DNA of 64,000 nucleotides from Candidatus Micrarchaeota archaeon (GTDB lineage Archaea > Micrarchaeota > Micrarchaeia > Norongarragalinales > SBBD01): positions 64,001 to 128,000 of the forward strand of contig JAHJQN010000007.1 of assembly GCA_018819225.1 (NCBI GenBank). The letters are read 5' to 3'. The translations under genes were made by a program, and so were the position numbers. The notes beneath the pieces are model-generated. The model worked only from the letters and a program-made list of their open reading frames with translations. It was not told the DNA's origin and searched no databases. Positions 29,375 to 38,661 of this stretch are shown here, in pieces (position 1 is the first letter of the stretch; every line of letters begins with the position of its first letter).

Positions 29375-29483
29375 GGGAGGGTGGGCTAGCCTGGCATGCT
29401 TTCAGCTTTGGGTCCTCACCTGCTTTTACGAAGCAGTACGGGCAAAACAGCTGAAGACCTGAGTTCGAATCTCAGCCCTCCCA
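29375..29483 (+). tRNA. tRNA-Pro(TGG) with 36-nt canonical intron (29413-29448)
   Basis: GGGAGGG/CCCTCCC; TCAGC-TTTGGG^A-GCTGA; BHB TTTG/CAAA. Confidence 0.93.
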
Positions 29484-29593
29484 CTGCCGGCGGCGGGAAC
29501 CCTGGGTTTCCCCTTGAGCCAACTGGTCGCCCCCATTCCTACGCAAAGCGTTTCCCGAACCCGTTTTATTCCCTTGCAAACAGAAGAAGTACC

Positions 29594-30901
29594 ATGGATT
29601 TAGGTGCCGGTGTTCGAAAGGCGCTCGCGAAAATTACGGGCGCCACGCTCGTGGACGAGAAAGCGATTCAAGCACTCGTCAAGGAGCTGCAGCGCGTCCT
29701 CATCTCCAACGATGTCAATGTCCAACTCGTATTCGAGCTCACGAAACGCATTCAGGACCGTGCTTTCAAAGAAAAGAAGGCGCAATCACTTAATTTGCGC
29801 GAGCACATCGTCAAAATCGTTTACGACGAGCTCGTCGCTATCCTCGGCGAATCCTACGAGCCTCCGATCAAAAAACAACGCATTATGATGATCGGCTTGT
29901 TCGGCAGCGGAAAAACCACGAGTATCGCCAAACTCGCCAAATTCTATCAAAGCAAGGGCTTGAAAGTCTGCGCGATTGCCTGCGATATCCACCGTCCTGC
30001 CGCCATCGAGCAACTCCAACAAATCACGGAACAAGTGCATTGCGGATTTTACGGCGAGAAAGGAAAAAGTGCGGAAGAGATCGCGGCCGAAAGTCGCATT
30101 CTCGAGAAAAAATACGACGTACTCATTCTGGATACGGCGGGGCGGAGCGCGTTCGATCCCGACCTCGCCTCCGAACTCAAGAATCTTTCCAGCATATTCG
30201 AACCTCAAGAAACCTATCTAGTGGTTTCCGCGGACTTGGGGCAAGTGGCCGGAAAACAAGCCGACCAATTCCGTAAAGCCGTTGGCATCACCGGCGTCAT
30301 CATCACGAAAATGGACGGCAGCGGAAAAGGGGGAGGCGCGCTTTCGGCGGTTCACGCCAGCCGAGCCAAAATCGCATTCATTACACTCGGTGAAAAACCC
30401 GACGCTCTCGAATCTTTCGACGCGAAAAAATTCGTTTCCCGGCTTGTGGGTTTCCCGGACTTACCGACCTTGCTCGAGAAAGTGCAAGAGATTTCCGACG
30501 AAGAAGCGATGCAGCGCGTCATGGAGGAAGGCAAACTCGACTATGGCACGTTCTTATCCCAACTCCGCAGCATGAAGAAAATGGGGCCCATGAAACAAAT
30601 TCTTCAAATGCTGGGCATGTACGACGTCCCCGAAGAACTCGTGGGTAAGAGCGAGCAGAAACTCAAGCAATTCGAAGCCGCTGTTTTAAGCATGACTCCT
30701 TCCGAACGCACGAAACCCGATCTCATGAAGAACCGTTCGCGTCAAGAGCGCGTCGCGCAAGGCGCCGGCCTTTCATTATCCGATGTCCGCGAGCTCGTCA
30801 GCAACTTCGAGCGCATGAACAAGATGATGAAGGGATTGAAAGGCAACCGCGGCCTTTCCAAGAAATTCCAGCGCATGCTCCCGCAAGGATTTAAATTCTG
30901 A
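29594..30901 (+). CDS. srp54: Signal recognition particle protein SRP54
   Basis: GLFGSGKTT, DTAGR, TKMDGSGKGGGALS, Met-rich M domain. Confidence 0.97.
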   Translation: MDLGAGVRKALAKITGATLVDEKAIQALVKELQRVLISNDVNVQLVFELTKRIQDRAFKEKKAQSLNLREHIVKIVYDELVAILGESYEPPIKKQRIMMIGLFGSGKTTSIAKLAKFYQSKGLKVCAIACDIHRPAAIEQLQQITEQVHCGFYGEKGKSAEEIAAESRILEKKYDVLILDTAGRSAFDPDLASELKNLSSIFEPQETYLVVSADLGQVAGKQADQFRKAVGITGVIITKMDGSGKGGGALSAVHASRAKIAFITLGEKPDALESFDAKKFVSRLVGFPDLPTLLEKVQEISDEEAMQRVMEEGKLDYGTFLSQLRSMKKMGPMKQILQMLGMYDVPEELVGKSEQKLKQFEAAVLSMTPSERTKPDLMKNRSRQERVAQGAGLSLSDVRELVSNFERMNKMMKGLKGNRGLSKKFQRMLPQGFKF

Positions 30902-31029
30902 GCATTCGGGTTCAGAGATTCGTCCGCTCACGTCTCTCCAAGCGCGTACACGGGAATAAGGTCGAACGATTTACGATCGCATGGACCGCGAAATACATCC
31001 GCCTAAACGTCACGCGTTTGAACTCTCTG

Positions 31030-31170
31030 TCAAGCGGGCATGAGTTGTTGAACGTAGGCGAGAACCATGAAGAGTACGACTATCCCAATGAAGCTGTCTT
31101 CCCACATGTTGCTCTTCAGCATCAGGTAACCGACGAGCAACGTCATCATAGCGGCATACGTTATTGGCAT
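31030..31170 (-). CDS. Small 2-TM protein (46 aa)
   Basis: MPITYAAMMTLLVGYLML...IGIVVLFMVLAYVQQLMPA. Confidence 0.5.
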   Translation of the reverse strand: MPITYAAMMTLLVGYLMLKSNMWEDSFIGIVVLFMVLAYVQQLMPA

Positions 31171-31291
31171 GTGCCCTGCCTTCTAGTTTGGACTTCCTTC
31201 GAAATGCGGTTTTAACTATTTAATGCTTTTGTTTCCCGCTCCAATACCTTCTTTTTAAAGCATTGACTTGCCTATTCCTCGTGGTACGCGT

Positions 31292-34216
31292 ATGCCTGAC
31301 TCCATCGACTTCAAGTCCATTGAGCGGAAGTGGCAGGAGAAGTGGAGCGAAGCCCGGTGCTTCCAATCCAATATTCAAAAAGGGAAACAAAAGTTCTTCA
31401 TCACGTTTCCCTATCCTTATGTAAACGGCGCGCCGCACGTTGGTCATAGTTACTCGTGTTTTCGCGCAGACGTGTACGCGCGCTTCAAGCGCATGCAAGG
31501 CTTCAACGTATTATTTCCTCAAGGCTTTCACGCCACCGGAGAACCCATTCTCGGTGCAGTGGAACGATTGCGCAAAGGCGACGAAAAACAAATCAAGAGC
31601 TTCAAGGATTATGGAGTTACGGATGCTCAGCTTGAAGAATTCAAGAAAGGACCGGAACAAGTCGCGCGTTATTGGATGCAGCGCTGGCGCGATGATTTAA
31701 CTCTATCGGGCATTTCCATCGACTGGCGCCGCTCGTTCATCACTACCGACTTAACGCCCACGTACTCTCGCTTCATTGCGTGGCAATACCGTTCGTTAAA
31801 GAAAAAAGGTTACATCGTTCAAGGCACGCATCCCGTGGTTTATTGCCCTCACGACGATTCGCCTACTGGCGATCACGATCGCTTGGTGGGTGAAGGCGAA
31901 AGCCCCATCGAGTATACGATCCTCAAGTTTTCGATGCCGTTTGAAAACGAGTCCCTGATTCTTCCCGCGGCTACGTTACGTCCCGAAACCATTTACGGTG
32001 TCACGAACATCTGGCTCCACCCCAAAACCCCGTACGTTCGCGCGAAGGTGGATGGAGAGCTTTGGCTGCTTTCCGAACCCGCTGTACGCAAACTTTCCGA
32101 TCAAGGAAAAAAAGTGAAACGGATTGGCCCCCTTGATTTATCCACGCTCTTCGGAAAAACATGCATCAATCCCGTCACGAACGAGGACGTCTTGATCCTT
32201 CCCGCTTCCTTTGTTTCCAGTGAGAATGCGACCGGGGTTGTGATGAGCGTGCCCGGCCACGCACCCTTCGACTACGTGGCGCTCCGTGATCTAAAACGAA
32301 AAATTGAAAAATCAACCACGAACTCCTTGGCGCTCGAAGGAATCGAATTTCCTCGCACCATTCTGAAACAAATTCTCGAAATCCACCCGTTGGGTCTCAT
32401 TTCCGTTAAAGGGTACGGAGAATTTCCCGCGAAAGACGCGGTTGAAAAACTCAAAATTTATTCGCAGGATGAACGGATTAAGCTGGACAAGGCCACTTCC
32501 GAGGTCTACAAACACGAATTTCATCAAGGTCAACTGTCCAAGCGCTGCGGAAAATATGCGGGATTAACGGTTTCCTCTTGCAAAGAAGAACTCGTTGCGG
32601 ATTTCAAGGGCAGACAACTCGCGTCCAACATCTGGGAGATTACCGACGAGGTCATATGTCGCTGCACCACGAAATGTCACGTTAAAATTCTGGAAAACCA
32701 GTGGTTTCTCAAGTTTTCCGATGCGGATTGGAAGCAACAAGTGCACTCGCATTTGAAGCACATGCGTATTTTTCCCGAGGATGCCCGCATCCAGTTTACG
32801 AATACGATTGACTGGCTTCAGAATAAAGCATGCGCGCGAAAAAGCGGATTAGGCACAAAACTTCCTTGGGATAACCAATGGATCGTGGAAACGCTAAGCG
32901 ACTCCACGATTTACATGGCCTACTATACTCTTTCCCGCATCGTCAACGAACACCACTTAACCGCTGAACACTTTACCGATGAGGTATTCGATCACATATT
33001 CCTCGCCAAAAACACGCCGCAAGAGGCGCTCAAGAACTCAACACTTTCGCCCAAACTATTGGAAGAGCTCCGCAAGGAATTCGAGTACTTTTATCCCGTG
33101 GATGTACGCAGCAGCGGAAAAGATCTCTTACAAAACCACTTGACGTTCTTCCTCTTCCATCACGCGGCACTTTTCGATAGCCGACACTGGCCGCAAGGCA
33201 TTGCAGTTAATGGCTACGTCACCGTCGAAGGAGAAAAAATGAGTAAGAGCAAAGGCAATTTCATTCCCCTTCGAAATCTCTTGAACGAATACGGAACGGA
33301 TTTGACGCGTATCAATATGGTTGCTGCGGGCGAAGGATTGGATGACGCGGACTGGAAAACCGAAACCATAGCGCCCTTCCGCCGCCTCCTTGAATTCCTC
33401 TATTCCACCATTCAACATCCGCCGACCGGAGGCGATGGATACGGTCGCGAGGAAGAACTCCTTGAAAGCCGCTTGAATCGATGCAAGCGTGACTCCATGG
33501 AAGCGTACGATCGCTTTGAGTTCCGCACGGCATCTCAATGCGTCTTCTTCGAATCCTGCCATGCTCTACGGGCTTACTTGCGCCTTTCCTCTAAGGTAAA
33601 CGTCGGTCTGATGCGTCGCTCGTTAGAAGACATTGTGCGCATGATCGCTCCTCTCACTCCGCATATGGCTGAAGAGCTTTGGAGTATGCTCCAACACGAA
33701 GACTTCGCGGCATGCGCTTCCTATCCCTCGTTTAATAATGAAAAGATTCGCGAGGATCTCGAACAAGAAGAGAAAGTATTAACGGATGTCGCTTCCGATG
33801 TGGCTCGCATTCTCAAGCTCGCTAAAGTCAAGAAACCCCGGCTCGTTCGCTTGTTCACTGCTCCTCCGTGGAAACGTCGCTTGCTTCAAACGGCCATCAA
33901 TCGCGCGAAAGAAACGGGGTATTTTGATTACGCTTCTGTGTTGGCGGTCGCATTAAAAGACGAGGAACTCAAGCAACGCGTGCCGGAAGTGCAGGCTTAT
34001 ATCAAAACCCTTGCTAAGGCGGTCAACTATTACAAAACAAATCCCTTGCCAGAACTCGATGAAAGCCAATTGCTCGCGCAACAGAAAGACGTTCTGGAAC
34101 GCCTCCTTTCCTGCCCGGTTGAAGTCTGGGCAGCTGAAAACGTTCCCGCGGACAAGGATAAGGATGGTAAAGCCCGGCGCGCTTCTCCCTTCAAGCCCGC
34201 GATTTACGTGGAATGA
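31292..34216 (+). CDS. leuS: Leucyl-tRNA synthetase (archaeal type)
   Basis: PYPYVNGAPHVGH, ATLRPET, KMSKSKGN, PFKPAIYVE. Confidence 0.97.
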   Translation: MPDSIDFKSIERKWQEKWSEARCFQSNIQKGKQKFFITFPYPYVNGAPHVGHSYSCFRADVYARFKRMQGFNVLFPQGFHATGEPILGAVERLRKGDEKQIKSFKDYGVTDAQLEEFKKGPEQVARYWMQRWRDDLTLSGISIDWRRSFITTDLTPTYSRFIAWQYRSLKKKGYIVQGTHPVVYCPHDDSPTGDHDRLVGEGESPIEYTILKFSMPFENESLILPAATLRPETIYGVTNIWLHPKTPYVRAKVDGELWLLSEPAVRKLSDQGKKVKRIGPLDLSTLFGKTCINPVTNEDVLILPASFVSSENATGVVMSVPGHAPFDYVALRDLKRKIEKSTTNSLALEGIEFPRTILKQILEIHPLGLISVKGYGEFPAKDAVEKLKIYSQDERIKLDKATSEVYKHEFHQGQLSKRCGKYAGLTVSSCKEELVADFKGRQLASNIWEITDEVICRCTTKCHVKILENQWFLKFSDADWKQQVHSHLKHMRIFPEDARIQFTNTIDWLQNKACARKSGLGTKLPWDNQWIVETLSDSTIYMAYYTLSRIVNEHHLTAEHFTDEVFDHIFLAKNTPQEALKNSTLSPKLLEELRKEFEYFYPVDVRSSGKDLLQNHLTFFLFHHAALFDSRHWPQGIAVNGYVTVEGEKMSKSKGNFIPLRNLLNEYGTDLTRINMVAAGEGLDDADWKTETIAPFRRLLEFLYSTIQHPPTGGDGYGREEELLESRLNRCKRDSMEAYDRFEFRTASQCVFFESCHALRAYLRLSSKVNVGLMRRSLEDIVRMIAPLTPHMAEELWSMLQHEDFAACASYPSFNNEKIREDLEQEEKVLTDVASDVARILKLAKVKKPRLVRLFTAPPWKRRLLQTAINRAKETGYFDYASVLAVALKDEELKQRVPEVQAYIKTLAKAVNYYKTNPLPELDESQLLAQQKDVLERLLSCPVEVWAAENVPADKDKDGKARRASPFKPAIYVE

Positions 34217-34385
34217 CGTTCTATCTCGTCAATAGGTGTCCGATAGATTTATCTATTCGACTCGCATTACCTTTACTATTTTTTTGAAATATTTTTACTC
34301 CATAAACAATCGGTGTTATAAGACGCGTCAATAGGGGATGTCCGGTTCTCATTTTATGCCAGCGCGTTAAGGAGGTAGATGCAGG

Positions 34386-35597
34386 TTGCGAGTTGCGATG
34401 CTAGGCTGGGAGTTTCCTCCGTTCATTAGTGGGGGCCTAGGCGTCCACTGTTTCGAACTGACGCGAGCACTCGCTGAATCGGGCGTTCACATCGATTTTT
34501 TCATGCCTCAAATGAGTCATCGAATCACCGCACTTTCCTCTGGAATTCGAATCATTCCCGTTCCCCGTTCGATCGTCTCTCAACGGGTTCCCGGGCCGTA
34601 CGGTATGGTGTACGTTCAAACAGCTGCCCGTGGAACGTTTACTGACGCGGTATACGGGTCCGATTTTTTTGGAGCAGTATACGCATATAATCAAGCATGC
34701 GTCCAGCGCGTTATGGAGGAACACGCGCGTTCTCCTTACGATCTCATTCACGCTCACGACTGGATCACGTCCACCGCTGCTTTACGGGTCAAGACCCAGT
34801 CCGGCGTCCCCCTCGTAGCCACGATTCACAGCACGGAGCAGGACCGCACGGCTGGTTTGGGGGCGAATACCTGGATTGAAGCGCAGGAATCCGCGCTGGT
34901 TCGTGGAGCAGACGCCGTTATCACCGTCAGCAAACGCTCGAAGGCGTTGCTCGTCCAAGCGTTCGGAGTTTCCCCTGATCGCGTATTCGCCATATACAAC
35001 GGAGTCGATGCTCGCCGGTTTTCACGTTCGTTGCCGATTTTCCGAAATCCAGACGAACACATCGTGTTGTTTCACGGTCGTCTGAGCGTTCAAAAAGGGC
35101 CGTTGTTTTTCATTCGCGCCGCCAAACGAGTGATTGAACACATGCCTAACGTCCGGTTCGTCATCTCCGGCACCGGCGACTTATTGCCGGAACTCGTTTC
35201 GGAAGCACTTCAATTGGGCATTACGGACCGCATCACATTTGCCGGTTACGTTCCCGACGAGTTTCTTCCCGCATTATACGCATCCGCCGACGTATTCGTT
35301 CTTCCTTCAGTCTCCGAACCGTTCGGTATTACGACGCTGGAAGCCATGTCTGCTGGCACGCCCGCTATCATTTCGCGTTCCACGGGTGTCGGCGAAGCCC
35401 TCCACTATTGTTTATCCGCGGATTTCTGGGACACGGAGGCATTCGCGAACAAGATTTTGGGCGTGCTCTCTTATGCGCCCCTTCACAATCTGCTTCGGGA
35501 AGGCTCCCGTCAGGAAGCATCGACATTTACTTGGAAACTGGCCGCAGAGCAAACGATTCACGTTTACGAACATGCGTTAAAGAGGCGTCTAACATGA
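34386..35597 (+). CDS. GT4 glycosyltransferase (glycogen synthase-like)
   Basis: GWEFPP..SGGLG, HAHDW, SEPFG; GGAGGT upstream. Confidence 0.88.
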   Translation: MRVAMLGWEFPPFISGGLGVHCFELTRALAESGVHIDFFMPQMSHRITALSSGIRIIPVPRSIVSQRVPGPYGMVYVQTAARGTFTDAVYGSDFFGAVYAYNQACVQRVMEEHARSPYDLIHAHDWITSTAALRVKTQSGVPLVATIHSTEQDRTAGLGANTWIEAQESALVRGADAVITVSKRSKALLVQAFGVSPDRVFAIYNGVDARRFSRSLPIFRNPDEHIVLFHGRLSVQKGPLFFIRAAKRVIEHMPNVRFVISGTGDLLPELVSEALQLGITDRITFAGYVPDEFLPALYASADVFVLPSVSEPFGITTLEAMSAGTPAIISRSTGVGEALHYCLSADFWDTEAFANKILGVLSYAPLHNLLREGSRQEASTFTWKLAAEQTIHVYEHALKRRLT

Positions 35598-36832
35598 CGT
35601 CGGTTTGCCTTTATTTCCACGTTCACCAGCCACGCCGCACGCGACCGTTCACTTTCTTCTCCATCGGACCCCAGTCCGAGCAGGACCTCGGGCAATATTT
35701 CGACGATACCTTGAATCGCCATTATTTTGAGAAAGCGACGCGACAATGTTATTTACCCGCGAACGCCATCCTCCTCAACCTGTTGGAAAGCCATCCTGAA
35801 TTCAAAATAAGCTTCAGCATTACGGGCACGTTTCTTGACCAATGCCGCCGTTTTTCCCCCGACGTATTCGAGTCGTTCCAGCAACTGGTTTCCACGGGAC
35901 GCGTCGACGTACTAGGCGAAACCCATTATCATTCCCTGGCCAGCCTATACGCTTCCCCCGAAGAATTCTTCCGCCAAGTCCGGCTTCACGAATACGCGCT
36001 CAAGGACGCATTCGGAAAAACGCCGCGCGTGTTCCGCAATACGGAAGTCATTTACAACAACCGCATATCCTTCCTAGCGGAAAGCCGCGGCTATCGCGCG
36101 ATTCTCGCCGAAGGCATCGAACGCGTTCTCGGAAACCGTTCGCCCAATTACGTCTATTCGCCTCCCCAACCCGCCCGAATCAAATTGTTCTTACGCAATT
36201 ACCGTCTCTCCGACGATATCGGCTACCGATTTGCATCTCGAAGTTGGAATGAATGGCCGTTGACCGCAGAAAAATACGCTTCGTGGCTCTCCCAATCCGT
36301 TGGAGACACGCTCAATCTATTTATGGACTATGAAACGTTCGGGGAACATCATTGGAAGGATTCCGGAATCCTCTCTTTCCTACAACACTTGCCTCCCGCT
36401 ATATTGCAACACCCTCACATGCAATTCGCGACGTGCAGCGACGTCGCACGTCTTCCTTCCAAGGGGGAAATCGATTGTCATGACGCGATCTCTTGGGCCG
36501 ACCTCGAGCGCGATACGTCGGCGTGGCTCGGGAACCCGCTTCAACAGGCCTGCTTCCACGAACTCGAATCGTTAGCCCCCCACGTTTCCCGCTTGCACAA
36601 TCCGGCCGTGGAAAACGCGTACGGTCTTCTGCAGACTTCCGACCATTTGTACTATCTTTGCACGAAGAGCTGGGCCGACGGAGACGTCCATAAGTATTTT
36701 TCTCCTTACAAAGACGCCACTCCCTTCGACAACTTTATTTCTTACATGAATACGATTCAACACTTTAAGCGGTTCGTGAACCGACTGAACTCCAACGGTC
36801 CCGTTCCCGAATCGAATCCGTTATCCGGGTGA
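35594..36832 (+). CDS. GH57 alpha-amylase
   Basis: FHVHQP, ETHYH, FRNTE, MDYETFGEH, LQTSDH. Confidence 0.93.
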   Translation: MTSVCLYFHVHQPRRTRPFTFFSIGPQSEQDLGQYFDDTLNRHYFEKATRQCYLPANAILLNLLESHPEFKISFSITGTFLDQCRRFSPDVFESFQQLVSTGRVDVLGETHYHSLASLYASPEEFFRQVRLHEYALKDAFGKTPRVFRNTEVIYNNRISFLAESRGYRAILAEGIERVLGNRSPNYVYSPPQPARIKLFLRNYRLSDDIGYRFASRSWNEWPLTAEKYASWLSQSVGDTLNLFMDYETFGEHHWKDSGILSFLQHLPPAILQHPHMQFATCSDVARLPSKGEIDCHDAISWADLERDTSAWLGNPLQQACFHELESLAPHVSRLHNPAVENAYGLLQTSDHLYYLCTKSWADGDVHKYFSPYKDATPFDNFISYMNTIQHFKRFVNRLNSNGPVPESNPLSG

Positions 36833-36841
36833 AACCATACC

Positions 36842-38380
36842 ATGAACCGCGTATTATTTGCCGTTACCGAACTCCAGAAACCCGTCGGAGGACTCCATCG
36901 GTTTACGACGGAGTTGATTCCGGAATGGAGTGCTGCCTTGAAAGACGGAAAAACATTGTACGCTCCACTCCCGGTTTCCATGAAACTCCCAAGCGTTCCT
37001 AATGACGATCTCGTTCTTAGCAAGGAGTTTGCGGACTTCAATGCCCAGCAGCCGCACGTCAAAGTGTTTGAAGGCACGCGAGCTGGCACAACCGCCTATT
37101 TTCTCGAATCGAAATTTCCTCAAACGGATATGGATGCGTTTTACCGTATGCTTTGGGACGAATTCCGCATTCCCTCCCATCAGTCTTCTCACGACTCGTT
37201 TTATGCCGACCTAGCCCAATACTGGAAGGCGCTTCCGTTGTTCGCAGAGCATGCCATCCGCAGAAAAAAGTGGCGCATTGCCTTGTTTGACGCGCAAGAC
37301 TGGCTTGCCTTTCCCGCAGGCTTTTTATGCCGAAAACATTTGGGGATCCCTCTGCACTGCCGTTTTCATTCCGGCGAATTCGGGCGCTCGTTAGGCCAAC
37401 CGGACCTGCAAGCCGCCCCAGTATGGATCGAGGCCGTCGCGCTTCAAGAAGCGGACGCGATCTCCGGCGTATCTGCAAGGGAAGCGCAGTTCGAGATCTA
37501 CCGGTTGTTACCCTATAAACGAAAACTCCGTGCCATGCTTTCCGAATCCCGCGGACACGTTTGGACGCGCAAACAAGAAGATAAAGAAGAGGCCTACGAA
37601 TATTTCCTCTTATTCGAATCCGAGGATGGCATGACCATTCTTACCCAACACGTGCTCGGCATCCCAAACGGCATTCTCCTCGATGATTGGAAAAAAGTGC
37701 CTGCACGCGACATTCAGTCCGGGAAATCATTATACCGAAAACTTCTTCCGAATGCCGCTCACTATGTTTTCTTCATTGGCCGAGCGGACTGGCGCAAGGG
37801 AATCGATGCCTTGCTTCGCGCCATCTCATTCCTTAACCGGGAAGACATTCATGCCGGACTCATGGTTTCCAGCCGCATGGATCCCGAAACGCGCGCCAAT
37901 TATTCGCGCCTCGCGCATTCCCTCGGTATCACGGATCGCGTCTGCTTCTACAACGAATGGTTGTCGGAGCCCCAGAAGAAATCCTTGTTCTGTGCCGCCG
38001 ATGTGATTGCGCTCCCTTCCCTATACGAGCCGTTCGGACTCGTCACGCTGGAAGGCCTGGCCGCGGATTTGGCGTGTGAAAAAAATAAGGTTCGCGGTCC
38101 CGTGGTCGTCACCAGCGATACCGGCGGCATGTCCGGAATCATTCGGAACGGCGTGAACGGTTTCAAGGTTCCCGTAGAGGAAGACCGTTTCGACCTGCAA
38201 CCCGAGCTCCTATCCAAGATTCTCAAGCTTTCTTTGTCCGACAAACGCTTGAAAGCCCGCATGTCCAAAGGCGGCGCGGCCCGCGTGCAAAACCCTTGTT
38301 TCAGCTGGAAGCACATCGTTCCCCTCATTTTTTCGGCGTACGACCACGCTGTTGAAAACCACGCGCTTGAAAACCGGTGA
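36842..38380 (+). CDS. GT4 glycosyltransferase
   Basis: VGGL, AQDW, GR...KG, PSLYEPFG. Confidence 0.85.
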   Translation: MNRVLFAVTELQKPVGGLHRFTTELIPEWSAALKDGKTLYAPLPVSMKLPSVPNDDLVLSKEFADFNAQQPHVKVFEGTRAGTTAYFLESKFPQTDMDAFYRMLWDEFRIPSHQSSHDSFYADLAQYWKALPLFAEHAIRRKKWRIALFDAQDWLAFPAGFLCRKHLGIPLHCRFHSGEFGRSLGQPDLQAAPVWIEAVALQEADAISGVSAREAQFEIYRLLPYKRKLRAMLSESRGHVWTRKQEDKEEAYEYFLLFESEDGMTILTQHVLGIPNGILLDDWKKVPARDIQSGKSLYRKLLPNAAHYVFFIGRADWRKGIDALLRAISFLNREDIHAGLMVSSRMDPETRANYSRLAHSLGITDRVCFYNEWLSEPQKKSLFCAADVIALPSLYEPFGLVTLEGLAADLACEKNKVRGPVVVTSDTGGMSGIIRNGVNGFKVPVEEDRFDLQPELLSKILKLSLSDKRLKARMSKGGAARVQNPCFSWKHIVPLIFSAYDHAVENHALENR

Positions 38381-38447
38381 ACGATGCATGCCCGATTCAT
38401 TAATAATAACGCCTTCGAATTTTATTCGGGGCGAAAGGTGATAAACT

Positions 38448-38660
38448 ATGGTGAATACCGACGAGTATTTCGGTATGAGGGCCGGCACCGTCTGGCAAGC
38501 GTTGTGTGAGGAAGGCCCCATGACCGCGGCGCAACTGAAGCGCAAAACGAAGCTCAACGACAAGGAGCTTTTTTCAGGCGTAAGCTGGCTGGCATGCGAA
38601 CGAAAAGTCAACGTAGAGGGCGAAACGCCTTCCGAGTTCGTCATCAGCCTCAGGGAGTGA
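38448..38660 (+). CDS. Small winged-helix protein (DUF2582-like)
   Basis: G..AG.VWQAL...L.....L.....VSWLA.E.KV. Confidence 0.75.
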   Translation: MVNTDEYFGMRAGTVWQALCEEGPMTAAQLKRKTKLNDKELFSGVSWLACERKVNVEGETPSEFVISLRE

Positions 38661-38661
38661 A

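Noticed and set aside
29484-29590. Hairpins between tRNA-Pro and srp54
   Set aside because: Short GC stems compatible with a tRNA trailer; no SRP-RNA motif
30905-31026. Possible ncRNA after srp54 (GGGTTCAGA/TTTGAACTC)
   Set aside because: Single weak closing stem, no convincing internal structure
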